From NCBI GenBank assembly GCA_964035545.1, contig OZ037767.1, forward strand, positions 4,604,707 to 4,668,706: a stretch of DNA of 64,000 nt. Direction: 5' to 3'. The notes below the pieces were generated by a model, which saw only the letters and a program-made list of their open reading frames with translations, did not search any database and was not told where the DNA came from. Source of the DNA: Bugula neritina. Its lineage: Eukaryota > Animalia > Bryozoa. Below are positions 11,951 to 25,600 of this stretch, one piece after another. The first letter of the stretch is position 1. Each line of letters begins with the position of its first letter. The translations under genes were made by a program, and so were the position numbers.

Positions 11951-13677
11951 TTTTGTGTAAACCAGTTATCTCTGTAGATACTTTTCATACAAGGCAACAA
12001 TGAGATTTTAACTTTCGAAATGCATATTTAGAATTCCTACTAAAAAGTTTTGTTGTAGCCTTTGTCGATACAATGTAAGTTTTTCTAGTAGCTGATGAGT
12101 AATATTTAGTATTTTTGGGTTCTGTGAAGTAAACTCAAGTCATTGTGATAGACTTTACTTGATTTGAAGTTTGTAAGTTGATATGTGTTGTATTTATTTA
12201 CATACATTTGACTCAAGTTCCGATGGATTTTACTTGCATTGGTAATGGTTAGTCTAAATTGAAAAATAAACTATATCAAGATTAATAACACTTGTCCAAC
12301 TCAAACAGGCTTAATCTGTAGCATAATGTTTTGCATTGAAAAGATGTAGTTATGCAAAGTAGCATAAAGACAAACATTTGTCAGCTTGTTATAAACTGCA
12401 AGTTGCTTATTTTTTTTCTAATTATGTTGTAGCTCATTTAACAAGTCATATATCATTGCTATACATTATTTTGCTAAAATATTAATGGCTTAATTTTCAA
12501 CTGCATTTAGTGCAGTTTACCTATAAGGCATTATGAATGAGAAGACTTTCACTGCTCTGTTATAATCATAACCATAGGAAAGCAGTATGACTGAGTCTAA
12601 ACATATTAACTTGGCAGCTAATCTGTATTCTTTCAATTTACAGTGGTTGGCGACTGGCCAGCAAGGCAAGATGGTTGGTATATGGTTGGCTTCTTGGCTT
12701 TGATGGGAATGATTAATGTGGCTGGATACTTTCTGTGGAAATACAAACTCCAAGGACACTAATCTTGCTGTACTTGTATCCAATTATTGTTAAACTGTGT
12801 TATTGTTATTCAGAATGCAATTTTTTTTAGATCCTCACAAAATGGATTTTCTAAGTCCCAAAACATTCCACCAACGATACATTCCAATTTTATACATTGT
12901 TTTACAATTTGTACTAGAGTTGATAGTTATTGGAGTTATACATATCTAATCTTTTTTACTGAAATATATAATTTATACACTTATATTAAAGTCATGAATC
13001 TTCTTAACTGTTAGTCATCAGTTTTATTCTAAAATGTTACCATATTTGGCAATATTCAATGTGATGGATGGTATGTATTATATTGTGTCTTATATATAGA
13101 AAAGGACATGTAATCATAAGTGGTAAAAGTAGTGTGACAAACAACACTTTAGTGTACAAAACAAACAATTATGATAAACACAAGTATTATAGAAGCCCCT
13201 TGATAAAAAAAACTAGATCTCTGAAATTATTACAAAACGATTGAAATATATACATCATTCAATAAATCTAGACTTCCAGCTTACAAAATGAAACTATCCA
13301 TCAACATCTAATGTTTCAAAATTGTTTCATATAACAAACATTGTAAAACATAAAACACAAGTTGAAACTTGATTATATGTTACTCTAGAGACTAGACTCT
13401 AGAGTATATAGAAATTTTGTTGCTGATGACAAAAACAGTAATCAGCTGCGTTTTAACATGAGATTTTCTTATAGCACTGGCAAAACAATTCGGAAGACAT
13501 AATGCCGTGAGAAAAATGCAGATCTTAAAATACTTGGTTAATAAAAATAAAACGATCTTAAAGCATAGCTATCTTTGATAGAACCAATACACCCTGGATA
13601 AGTATAAGTCAAACATGTTCAAGTTTAAACAGGGCAAAGTAATTGAAAGTGTATTTTTACTATTTCTGGTGCTGAGA

Positions 13678-16600
13678 CTAAGTATGAGTTAGCTTTTGGT
13701 ACTCTTTACCAGATGAAGAATTGGAATTGGCATTCATTTGATTGTACCAGGGATTAGAAAAACTTATTCTCCCGTCTGGTAAAAATGTTGCGTCATCGTC
13801 GTCATCTCGATCATCATGATTAGCTTCGAATCTTGCAGACATATTTCTACAACATACAAAATAAATGTTATGCATTTGAATCAATTTCTCCATAACAAAA
13901 ATAAAAGCTGTATTGTGCAAGCGAAACCAAACTATCTGGCAGATAAAAATTACCAGTTGTATCATACTACTCACTTCAATCTCTTCTGACGTCTTCTAAT
14001 GACTATGGCGATGACCACAATAAGCACAACCACCACTAAACTGGCGACTACAATTCCAGCAGTGAGAGCAGCTCCACGTTCTACAAGTCCACAAGAATAC
14101 ACGGTCTTACCTTCCATACTAGATTAATACACGCTCCAACATATAAAACAATCGTAGCATTAGAAGGGTTGAGTTACTATTCATCAACACCAATTTATGT
14201 TACTTCTATATGTGAGGTTAACACTGCACATTTTACACTAAGTTGATAAACAATTTTGACACATGGCAAAAGCTGTACCACAACGTCAGAGTGTTATTTC
14301 TAAACCAAACATCAGCCTTCTAATAAACAAAAAACATTATGCAATTTGTTCTAGGAGCTAGGCGTACTATAACAACCAGACAATAAAATAGTAAAATAAC
14401 CAAAAAGTAGCACAAAGCAGGTATAATTAAATATAGAATAGTGCCCACTATGTTCAGCAGGAGGAGGGGGCTGGGGGGACTTGTCAGGGCTTGCAGAAGG
14501 GCACGCCTCTTTTTCACAGGCCGATATCTGTAGCTGGGGAAACTTGTTGATTAGTGTGTCCACGGTGAAAGCCGGCGAGAGGGCATCAAAGAGAGACTGT
14601 GAAGGGAAACCCAATGCAAAACTCCATCGCTGTGAGGTGCCTCCCAGCGCACAGTGCTCAAACGCTAAAATATAAATACACCAAACATGCATGTTAGCGT
14701 CAATGCATAATGTTCAGTTAATAAAATATAATTATTTGAAGTAGATTGTTATTATTTTTTGTAAAACTTTCACCTGCATTTGCATTATATAAATGCTTTA
14801 ATTGATGCAAAAGTTAAAACAATTAAAAAATGATAATATCAATAGAAAACTGATAAAAAACTTTTGAACTCCAGAACAAAATTAGGTTTAAGAGCACCAA
14901 CGTCATAGATTAAAAACAAGGGACAAAGTTGCATGCATTTGACAACTAATTTACTTGATGCATTTCATGTCTACCAAAGCATTTCAGTGAGTATCTGAGA
15001 TATTCATACACCTAAAAATAAATTACACGACCAATATTATTCATCCTTGTACATAAACACCACTACCATACAGCCACTTACTCTTCTCAACGAATGTACA
15101 TCTCCAAATAATTGTGTCAAAATTTTGCTTCAAAATTTACTTTCCAAAACACGATCATACGTTTTCATAGAACCACAATTTAGGTTCAGAAGTTCATTGA
15201 AGCAAACATAAGCAGTAATACATGAAACTTACTATGTAATAAACTATGTTTAAATAAGTTTACATAGACTAAAAGTTTGTCTAGATATGAGACTCACATC
15301 GAATTTGATATTTGGAGACGAGGCAAGACATGTGCTGACAAGCTGCGCTAGACAACACAGTATCTCTTATGAACTCTCTCATCTTCTCAAACGTAGAGAA
15401 CACTTCTGTCTTGTTCACTTTCAGACAAATTGCGAACTAAAGAACATAAATATGCATGTAACACAGTATACCCAACAGAGGTAACAACTTCAAATAATTC
15501 TGTGTGAAAGTATATTTGATTATTGCCAAACAAATACTCCATCTTATTTGCTAGCTCTGTTCTATTTGACGTGGAACTGAAGCTAAACAAAAACGCAAGA
15601 AAATATAATAAATCTGTAAGAACTGTATCTATTGTGACCAGCTACCTTAGTTAGTAATGTTAGGCAAATGTTATGAGAACCGGAAAGATTGTAAAATGGA
15701 CATGATTGTAAAATATAAACAGTTGACTTGGTTTTATTTAAATTTTAAACCAATCAAATTCAAACACATCCATTATGCAACTATAAATACAGTTATGTTT
15801 TTTGTTATGATACACTTTTACTACTGCCTTGTGTACTATTCTCTCTATTGAATAAACTTGCTAAGTGTTAAATAAATTACTTATTGCTGTTTAATGAAGA
15901 TTAGCAACAGAAACAAATGGAGCTATAAGTATAAGTTCTACTTCAATATTTTACCGATTTGCTAAAAGCAGTGGGACAACTATTTTCCTTCCGTCTCGTC
16001 TCTTCAAAAGACATTTCAAAGCAGTCCATGTTCCAAGTGTCGTTACAGAAGCATCTACTGATAGTTTCAGTTGTATTTGGTAACCTACAATCATAGCATA
16101 TACGAAATGTATCTGTAAAAGTCTGGGAAAGTCACCCCATTCACCAGGAAACTTGTAATATAATAGTCTGATCGCAATACCTAGTCTGCTCTATAGCAAC
16201 AGGACCTTGGATGCTCTTCACATGCGACAAAGTAAACTTGCTTCTCAGAGTAGTGGCGTCGGAAGAATGAGCGTTTTGAAGGTTGTTAGCGTAGATGACA
16301 ATGTCGAGGAATAAGTCCTTCATTTGCACGTGCTCATCAGTGACGGGCTGTGCATCATCTATCCCTTCAACTAGCTCTGCGCCCCACATCAACACCACTG
16401 CGCCCACCACATTCGGGATAAATCTCTAAAGAAATGACAACACAAAAATTCTATTATTCCATTAAATTCTGTCCAATCAACGGACTGATTATATGCCGAT
16501 CATATGCCATGGCTCTATCTTAAAAGTGAATAAATAAGTACAACTGATGAGCCATAATATTTCGCAGAAGCTAGACAAATATACATCCATACATTCTGTC

Positions 16601-19600
16601 AATTGATAGGGATAAATTGTAGATGACCTACCAGATGCTGTGCAGACTGAGTGCTGTTTCTTCTAACTGTCACATTGACCAGAGATGGAACATGCTCAAT
16701 TATGAAAAAGCCATTTTCGTCAAACTCTTCTTCGTCCCCGTCAATGTGAATAACATACTTGAATATAACCTGACCGTTCTTCACTTCTAACATACCAATG
16801 GACAAGCCAGTGGCGTACTCAAAGTGAGCTGGACCTGAACAAGATCACATCAACCAATGATATGCATCAATTCATTGTTATTACATCACAAAATGCTATG
16901 GACCAATGAGCCAATCATTCCCCCACTCAAAATTAAACAGAATTCCAGCTAGGTAATCGACTACTCTCAAAACCAGATAAATGCATTAAACAACAATTTC
17001 AACTGTAACCAGATTGTACCAAATAGTAAAACCCAAACTGAGTCTAAACAATGACAGTTACCTTTCAGTTCCACATATTCTCCAATGTCTTCAAACCCAA
17101 TTGTGTTTGCGTTGATCTCATTAATTCTGACAGACTCGTACTGGGCAGTAAAACCACCTGGGAGGGAATCACTTACAGAATTATAGGAGTAATATAACAT
17201 AACATCGATTAAAAAATAAAATCCGGCAATCTCAAAAGCATTATGCTAGTTATATTGTTGGACTAAAATAAACATACTATATAATGTGCAATTTATTGGG
17301 TACACAATTCGTAAACACAATGTCATGTATTTCAATTGGTGATGCTGGTTAGATATCTTAGCAACTAGTCACTCTGATTACGACCATACCTTTACATATT
17401 CCATCGTTTTTTCCGGAAGTATCTTGATCATAGCTAATAATATCAACAAGACCCTCGGTCCTGTCACACCCAAGGAGGCAATGGCGCAAGTCATGGGCTA
17501 GAGGTTTATAATACTAAAGAAGAGTAAATGAATAGTGAGTGAAATATCACAAGCGGGGAATAAGACACACTCAATCATTCAGTTTACTTACCTAATATCT
17601 CGGTTTCCCAAAAGCACACGAGTGAATTGGAACGATAACAAAGCACTACAAACTGCTGAACGTGTATATAGTCAGCCTACAAATAGAGCAGACGTAGACA
17701 TCTTACCGTGGCAGAGCGGCTTGCTTTCCCATGGTCTACAGCCGTATCCAACACGGATGCTAGTCGTGCATCCGCGTCAGCCTTAAGTTTCTCATCCGGA
17801 TAGAAGATCATGACACTGAGGGTGTTGTTGAGCACCACATCGTTCACCTTAGGAGCACCTTTAGGAAACCAGCCTAAAGCCAGACTGGTGATATCCTGGA
17901 GATATAACACAGCACACTGAATAGTGGCCGGACGTCATTGTTAGAGTACAAGAAGCTGTGCAAAAAGGAAAAATACTTACGCAAGCTAAAAATACATTAT
18001 ATACTTACGGTAGAGCTGATGTCTACAGATCCACTGAAGGCCACGTTGTACTGGTATTTCATTATACCTGCCTTCTGCCTAATAATAGACTCGACCTGCA
18101 AATTAGTATATCATTTGTTATTGAAATATACACTAAACTGCCTGCTGTCGTGCCTCAACTATTATTGCACACAGCAATATTTTACTGCAGAAATTGAAAA
18201 AAAAGAGTTGGATAATTAACAAACATAAAGTCCTAACATAAACCTCATGCTGCATTCTACAGGAAAACTTCAACTAGTTGCGTGTTCAAGCTTTCTATTA
18301 ATACATTAATAAATTTGAGCTGACAGATCTTGACTTGTGTCTGTTTGAAGATTATCTTATGAACCAAAAATACAACATGCCCTTTTTCTGACCTAGTTTG
18401 ATAACTGCGACTCATTAAAAAGTTTTCTATAACTTACTTTTTCAAATAAAGACAGCTTTTTGAAATTTACCTCATTCTGGGAGTTCAGCTTATAAACGTA
18501 GAGATAATCAGTGGGAAAGTCTGCCACACTGTCTAACTCGCTAGCCACGCCTATGCGATCATGGCAGACTTTATAAAGGTAGAGGTGACTGGGTACAGGA
18601 CATCCTGCACCAAGACTGACCAGTGAGAACGCAGCATTGAAATAAGCCAATTGGGAGTTGCATCTCACAGCTTCTGAGTCATCTGTAAAGATTGGAGAAA
18701 AATAGTTCTGATTTACGAGTGTAGTTCAAGATGTGCAAGAGCTACAATATGCTGCGATATAATAATTATTGAAGGAAAATATTATTTGTTAGCATTAATA
18801 AAAAGTTTTTCAAAATGTCACAACGCGCTAGAGATGCACTATACTGAGGGTATAATAATATTGTAAAATAGAGTTAGAGTAAATCCACTCAGCATCATAT
18901 TACCTGTTATAGGAACACCAGTATATCCACTGGCTACGTTGTAAGATATTTTTATGAAATCTAATAACACTTCGTCATTACTTGTAGGTTTAGAGCCATT
19001 CATCTGCAAAAATAAAACCAAGAAAAATTAGTGGAGAACATATTCAATATTGTAGAAGGCGGAGCACAACTCCAATTATATTCACAGGGTTGAGGGAAGA
19101 TGGATGGTTAAAGGATGGCATGTCTACATAATTCATACTAGGAAAAACAAGATAAGAAAAATAAATCACTCAGAGTTGTCCACAATAAATGAAAGAATAC
19201 ACAGGGCACAGTTACAAAAAAGCTCAAAGGAAAGCTTCTGGCATAAAATGCAATAACAAAAACAAATTCAATATACACTGCATTGTGATTGAAGGTCCAA
19301 TAGGAATGAGCGTTACAATAGTCAACTCTCCTGGTAGGTAGTGAGTGAATAGCAACTAGAGGGAGCCACTTACGGGACTGTTATATATGTCAAACTCCTT
19401 CATACAGAAGTCAGTACTGTTGAGCTCCCGGAACAGAGTTACAAAACTGTCACCATTACTAAAGTGAAAGGGGGCAGCGCCAGCGCCCAGCTCTGCCAAA
19501 TCTACTCTGAATGTTTTGCCAACCGGAAGAGTGAATTCATCGATAGAAAATTGTTTGATGGATTTGACTCTACAGCAGAATACTATGCAATACAGTACAG

Positions 19601-22600
19601 TACAATGCAATGTAATACCATACAGTGCAATAAAACAAAATACAATGCAATAGAGTTTAATACAATATAATTCAATATAATTCAATACAATATAATAAAA
19701 AACAATATATGTATGCAGCAGTTAGACAGAATGCATGAGTGCACAATACACAATCTTGTGCAACATGACACAGTATGTCGAAATAGGAGATCTAATCTTG
19801 CATACATTATCAGATACAAGCTATGCATCTATTTATAATTAAACATGAAAATAGGAAATTTATACACTAAAATATCACATCTAAAGACTTTTAACAGCGT
19901 TTTTTAAAGGCTATAGTACAATTAGGGTAAAAGATAAGGAATTCTATTTGAAAGAATATTTCAAAATGAATAATTATGAAAAGACTCCAGCAAATCAAAT
20001 ACTAATATCTAATCTTGCAATGAAAGGGTGATATGAAACTTTATACATTGAGCAAAAGTGTCTCTGCGTTCTTCACAATTTATAAAATAATAATGCAAAT
20101 ACAGAAGATATTTATTAGATAATTCGAATAAAAGCATAAAGAGACGAACTCTTAAGAAAAATCACAGCGGAGAAAAATAAGAATGTAGGAGAATTACAGT
20201 ACAGAAGAGTAACAGTGCAGAAGAATAGCAGTGCAGAAGAAGAGTAACAACTTACTTGTTAGTAGGCACATCCTGAGAGACAACCAGACAAAGACCTTTA
20301 AGTGGCACCCCGTCAGGAAACACCTTAGTCAGCTGGGAGGAGAGAGCGGGGAGATGCAGCTGCACGTAGGAACTGCTGCTGTTGTTGTTACCAACACGAT
20401 CTATTCGGATGTACTTCTGAGCCAGCTGAGTCACGTATACCTTGTCCAGTTCGTAGTTCACACCCTTAGAATAAAACTCACGGATACTGCAGCTGGTCTC
20501 TCACAAAACCAGATCAAAGTGATGGCAGATGTATGAGTCATAGGAAGGCAAGTTGTCGGAAAAACTATAACCATATTATATTTATAGAGAAGACTGATGA
20601 AAAAGATGAAAAACTAACTGTTTTACTGACTTGCAATAATAGCCAAGAGAAATGTGAGAAGAGTCTATGTGAAACAAACTAGACTGATTTTTCTTTACGA
20701 ATGTAATTTTAGAATTATATGATCAGAAAAGAATCAAGTTTGCTTGTAATAGGGTCCTCAATACAAGAATTATATGCGAGGACAGGAGTTGAGATGTTGA
20801 CCTTGTTAAGGGGGAAGCAACCCCCTGTCCAGACTGTAAGTCTAGTAAATGCTAACCTCTGAACTAACTCCTATCCAACTATCAGTATTTCTCTGCATTT
20901 TGTCAGCTTTATGTAGCAGGGACGGGTTTAAAGCCTTGCTAAACCTTATCTGCCCTTGGTCCTCAGCTAAAATCAGTGTAAAAATCAATGGTTAAATTTC
21001 TGAGTAACACATACTGCAGCTTCGAATCTTTCTTTGAAAGAAACTAATTTTAAGCTTAGTAACAAACTTTTACAAGATTTGAGTAAACTATTTACGCCAA
21101 CCTCCTTCCTGCATGTCCATGAACTTGGTAACCATGGTGATATCAAGCTCTGTTTGAGGGAGACTGTACACTACCGCATCAACTATGTGTCCATCCATAA
21201 GACTGAGATTGAATGAGGGCAGGAAAGAGTAGTACTGAATGAGAGCGACAGCGTAGACTGTGCCTATAGTCTGGGAGCTGAGTGTAGCCCCAGTAGCTGT
21301 CACCTGACCCTTAGCGCCACTTGAAGAGTCGGCCACACCTGCAGCCAACAACAGAAACCAACTTTATGTCTATCAACTTATGATCGAGAGAAACGACTGC
21401 AATCACATGATTTTATTATTCAAACATACGCATCAAAACATGACAAGATGTTTCAACACCATAAAACAGTCAAACTATTAGCTTGAATTCTTTGTCCATT
21501 TAAAATTTCCCGTCATTATGTTTTTCTGAGCCACATAAATTAGAAAATTACCTGACTTGGTGAGTGTGAACTCGATTTCCTTGAGAGGGTATGCACTGCT
21601 GACGCTGCTGTCTAGAGTGAGATCGGCGCCAGTGAGTGGGAGTTTCCTTACCTCGGACTGATCGGGTCGGTTGTAGAACACCATGAGAATGAGGCCCAGG
21701 TTGGGCAGATGACTAATCGAGTCATCAGAGGTATCTAAGACAGATGAACACAAAATGAGATACAAACAACTTTAGCTTATGAGCAAATTGCCAGGATTAC
21801 AGCAAAATATATGAGCAACATACCCATCTTAATTAACTTATATTTGAGAATTTGTTGGATTCATTTTTCAGTCAAAAACTACTACGTTGTCTTTGATATC
21901 TAGGAATACTTAGTTTCATATCTAGGAATACTTAGTTTCATATCTAGGAATACTTAGTCTCATATCTAGGAATACTTAGTTTCATATCTAGGAATACTTA
22001 GTTTCATATCTAGGAATACTTTGTTCAACATCTAAGAATACTTAGTTTCATATCTAGGAATACTTAGTTTCATATCTAAGAATACTTAGTTTCATATCTA
22101 GGAATACTTAGTTTCATATCTAGAAATACTTAGTTTCATATCTAGGAATACTTTGTTCAACATCTAAGAATACTTAGTTTCATATCTAGGAATACTTAGT
22201 TTCATATCTAGGAATACTTAGTTTCATATCTAGGAATACTTAGTTTCATATCTAGGAATACTTAGTTTCATATCTAGGAATACTTAGTTTTATATCTAGG
22301 AATACTTAGTTTCATATCTAAGAATACTTAGTTTCATATCTAGGAATACTTAGTTTTATATCTAGGAATACTTAGTTTCATATCTAGGAATACTTAGTTT
22401 TATATCTAGGAATACTTAGTTTCATATCTAGGAATACTTTGTTCAACATCTAAGAATGCACATATAAGAGCTACACCCACCATCTGCAAAGGAAGATACT
22501 AAGACAGTGCTATTAGCTGTAGATATCCTCTTCAAGTACGCCTTGGGTGTACTACAAAGGTTCCAGGCTTTCTCCGTGGTCGTCTTAACATACCACACAC

Positions 22601-25600
22601 TCATCTCTACACCTTTCTCTTTAAGAAGAAGATCTTTCTGTATGCCACACCGGGAAACTCTATGAGAACACGAATCCAACAATCAACCTACACAAATACT
22701 TTACTCCGCTATCAACAGTTTTCTATTATATTTGAAATTAAAATACTCATGAGTTGTCTTCTTTCTTCAAAAAGGTATTCCACGCAGTTATAAATTAAAA
22801 AAAAGTGATTGCATAAACAACTAAAAACAATTGATATGAGGAACTTTTTTCAAAGGTGATGCAAAAATGCAAATAATGTGATACTAACTTTAAACCATGT
22901 CTGCTTATGTTATTGTAACTGCAGAAAACAACCTCCCACATCATTGGTACTAGTCTAACTCTTGAAATAGTTTGTTATTGAAAAACAATTCAAGTGAGAC
23001 ACACAAGAAAAAAAACTTTCAGGTCAATTATCTGTTTAGTTTGAAATTAGAAGGATTCGTAAAACGAGATATTGATGGTGAAAATCGGTTTACAGCAGCA
23101 ACATGTAGACTTGATTAAAAATCAGATAAACTCAATAAAAGGAATGTTAAACAATTCAACAGATCATACGAAAGAAGTTCAATACAACACAAAAGACATC
23201 TATCTACCCCATAGAGCGAGTTCCCAGCACCAGTTTCTCGGGCAAGCAGAGGGTGTTACAAGCAGCTGACGCAGTCGCGTAGCAGTACTGATCCTCAGAC
23301 GGACCCACGCAGCTTCCACTTCCTTCTTCAGTGGGCGGAGTTGCACTCTCCATACTCTGGATGAGCATAAACTGAAACTTGTCCAGCAGCTGGTAGGACA
23401 CTGTAGAAGAAGGAAGGAAAAGGTGTGTGTGTGTGATTATGAAAAGAGGATTCAGATAAATCAATGTATAATTATACTATACATTAAATTTTAATATTTA
23501 ATAAAATACAAAAATAGTTTAATCTTAATAAAATATACCAACAGGAGCAAAAACAAAATTTTAAGTAGTTTATTACAATCTATTAATAGAATAAACACTT
23601 CAAATTATTTATCCAATCAAATGAACACCAGAAACAACCAAGACAATGTAACAAAATTAGCACTAGCATGTTCGGTATATTTCCTGCTGCATGGGTATAC
23701 TAGACACTTTTGGTAGGGCAGACAACTCTGTAGCAAATAACACAGTTGAGTATCGAATGTAGAGGAAATCTTACCCTGATTCTCTTTATACAGTTGTATA
23801 GCGTAGCGGGTGGTGTTCATCTTTAACAGATATGTCCTCATCTCATCATTGCTGATAACAGAACGAAGATACATGTACAGAAAATACAACACAAGTTATA
23901 ACTATTCTAACAATTGCTGATTGGTCAAAGATAGTTAACCCCACAAAAGTAACTTTCACCTTTTAAATCATGTCAAAACTTTCTCATACAGTCATAGGAA
24001 ACGAAGGAAACCAACTAACCTAGCCTCAATCTCCCAGGTAAAGTATCCTCGGCTATTGATGACTGCCCCGCTGGGAGGCCTGAGGCAAGCAGAGTTCTCA
24101 GTCTTCCCGTCACTCGGCGTGTACATTGATAACGCCAAACTATGTCAAGAAACAAACTTTCGTGATACGAGAAAAACGATTTTATTTTGTTTTGTTATAG
24201 GCTATCTGATCAGAAGTAAAAAGAAAATATTCATTGAACAAACAAGAAAAATATTAATAACACTGCAGCTAGTTGAGGCGCACAAGCCATAAAAACAGGT
24301 TTTTGGAAAAATATACGCCAACACAGATAGATACAGATGCGCCAACTAAGAGTGTACTGTCTCACCAATAACTGGAGAGGTTAGTGGAAGCAGGCCCAAT
24401 GATCTCCACCCAATATCTTAGATCATCAGATATCGTCGTATCCAAACGAGGAAAGTGGATTTCATTAATATAGACATCTGTGGGAGAGTTTTCACTTTTC
24501 AACCCTGTAACCACATCAAAACTTGTATGTCATGCTCCTACCACAATATCCCATGACTTTTTACGTTCCATGACTATTTTAGGTTCCATGAAACAGCTAT
24601 AAGTGGGCTATTTTATGTTTGTTTGTTTGTTTTATTCAATTAACATAGTATTTATAAAAAAACATTATAAATGTAAAAGAAGTAATAATGAGGCTCGATG
24701 TGCTATGGCCTGTAGACCAACAATGTGGAAATATCCCATCCCCTGAGAAGGAGACTCACTAAAATTAAATATGTAACTTTCTGATTTAAATAAAAACTAG
24801 AAAAACAGAGAACTGTCCACTTAGGTTTAGAACCAACAAAGAAGAGGTTAAATACATGTCATACAATGTGATACATGCACCAAATAGACTAAAAGGAGTT
24901 GTTTTGCCACAACCAACAGAACGTACTATAAAAATGTACTTACTATAAAGGTATTGTTTGATTTTGGTGTGGGATAGTGATGTTAAGGAGCCAGAAGACA
25001 AAACTGTAGACTTCTCTTCGCTTACATTAAACTTTAGATGATAGCTGAGTACATCAGAAGTCTTGTTGTGAACTGTAAAAGGGTGAGTGGAATACACAGG
25101 CTAAGGTGAGTAGAATACACAGGCTTAGGTGAGTAGAATACACAGGCTAAGGTGAGTAGAATACACAGGCTAAGGTGATCAAAGGTCAAAATAAGGTATT
25201 ATTAGCACTGCTGTATTATGTATCGTATTATATAGTAAAGTATTATAGTTATAGCAATATATAGTTTCATAGTAACTGTAATATAGGATCATATAGTAAA
25301 GGGTTATAATAATAGTAATTTAAATAGTTTCATAGTAATATAGTATTATATAGTAAAAGTAATATATAATAATATATTACTATATAGAAATATATTACTA
25401 TATATTACTATATAACTATATAGAAATATATTACTATATAGAAATATATTACTATATTACTATACAGAAATATATTACTATACAGAAATATATTACTATA
25501 TAATAATATATTACTATACAGAAATATATTACTATATAGTAATTTAGTAATATATTTCTGTATAGTAATATAGTAATATATTACTATATTACTATATAGT

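Noticed and set aside
12517-13014. 88-aa and 75-aa ORFs between the two minus-strand genes
   Set aside because: Non-ATG starts and no recognisable motifs; likely UTR or intergenic sequence.
16544-16580. Other CTGATGA sites as hammerheads (also ~3915, ~7573, ~10964)
   Set aside because: They lack a properly paired stem II-GAAA-stem III arrangement, and several lie within exons.
20800-20980. GC-richer intronic block with small hairpins (possible SINE or snoRNA)
   Set aside because: No convincing A/B, C/D or H/ACA boxes and no second copy in the window.
21895-22456. CRISPR-like regular array
   Set aside because: Head-to-tail repeats without unique spacers, in a eukaryotic intron, with no cas genes; the same applies to the 25-bp array at 28265-28908.
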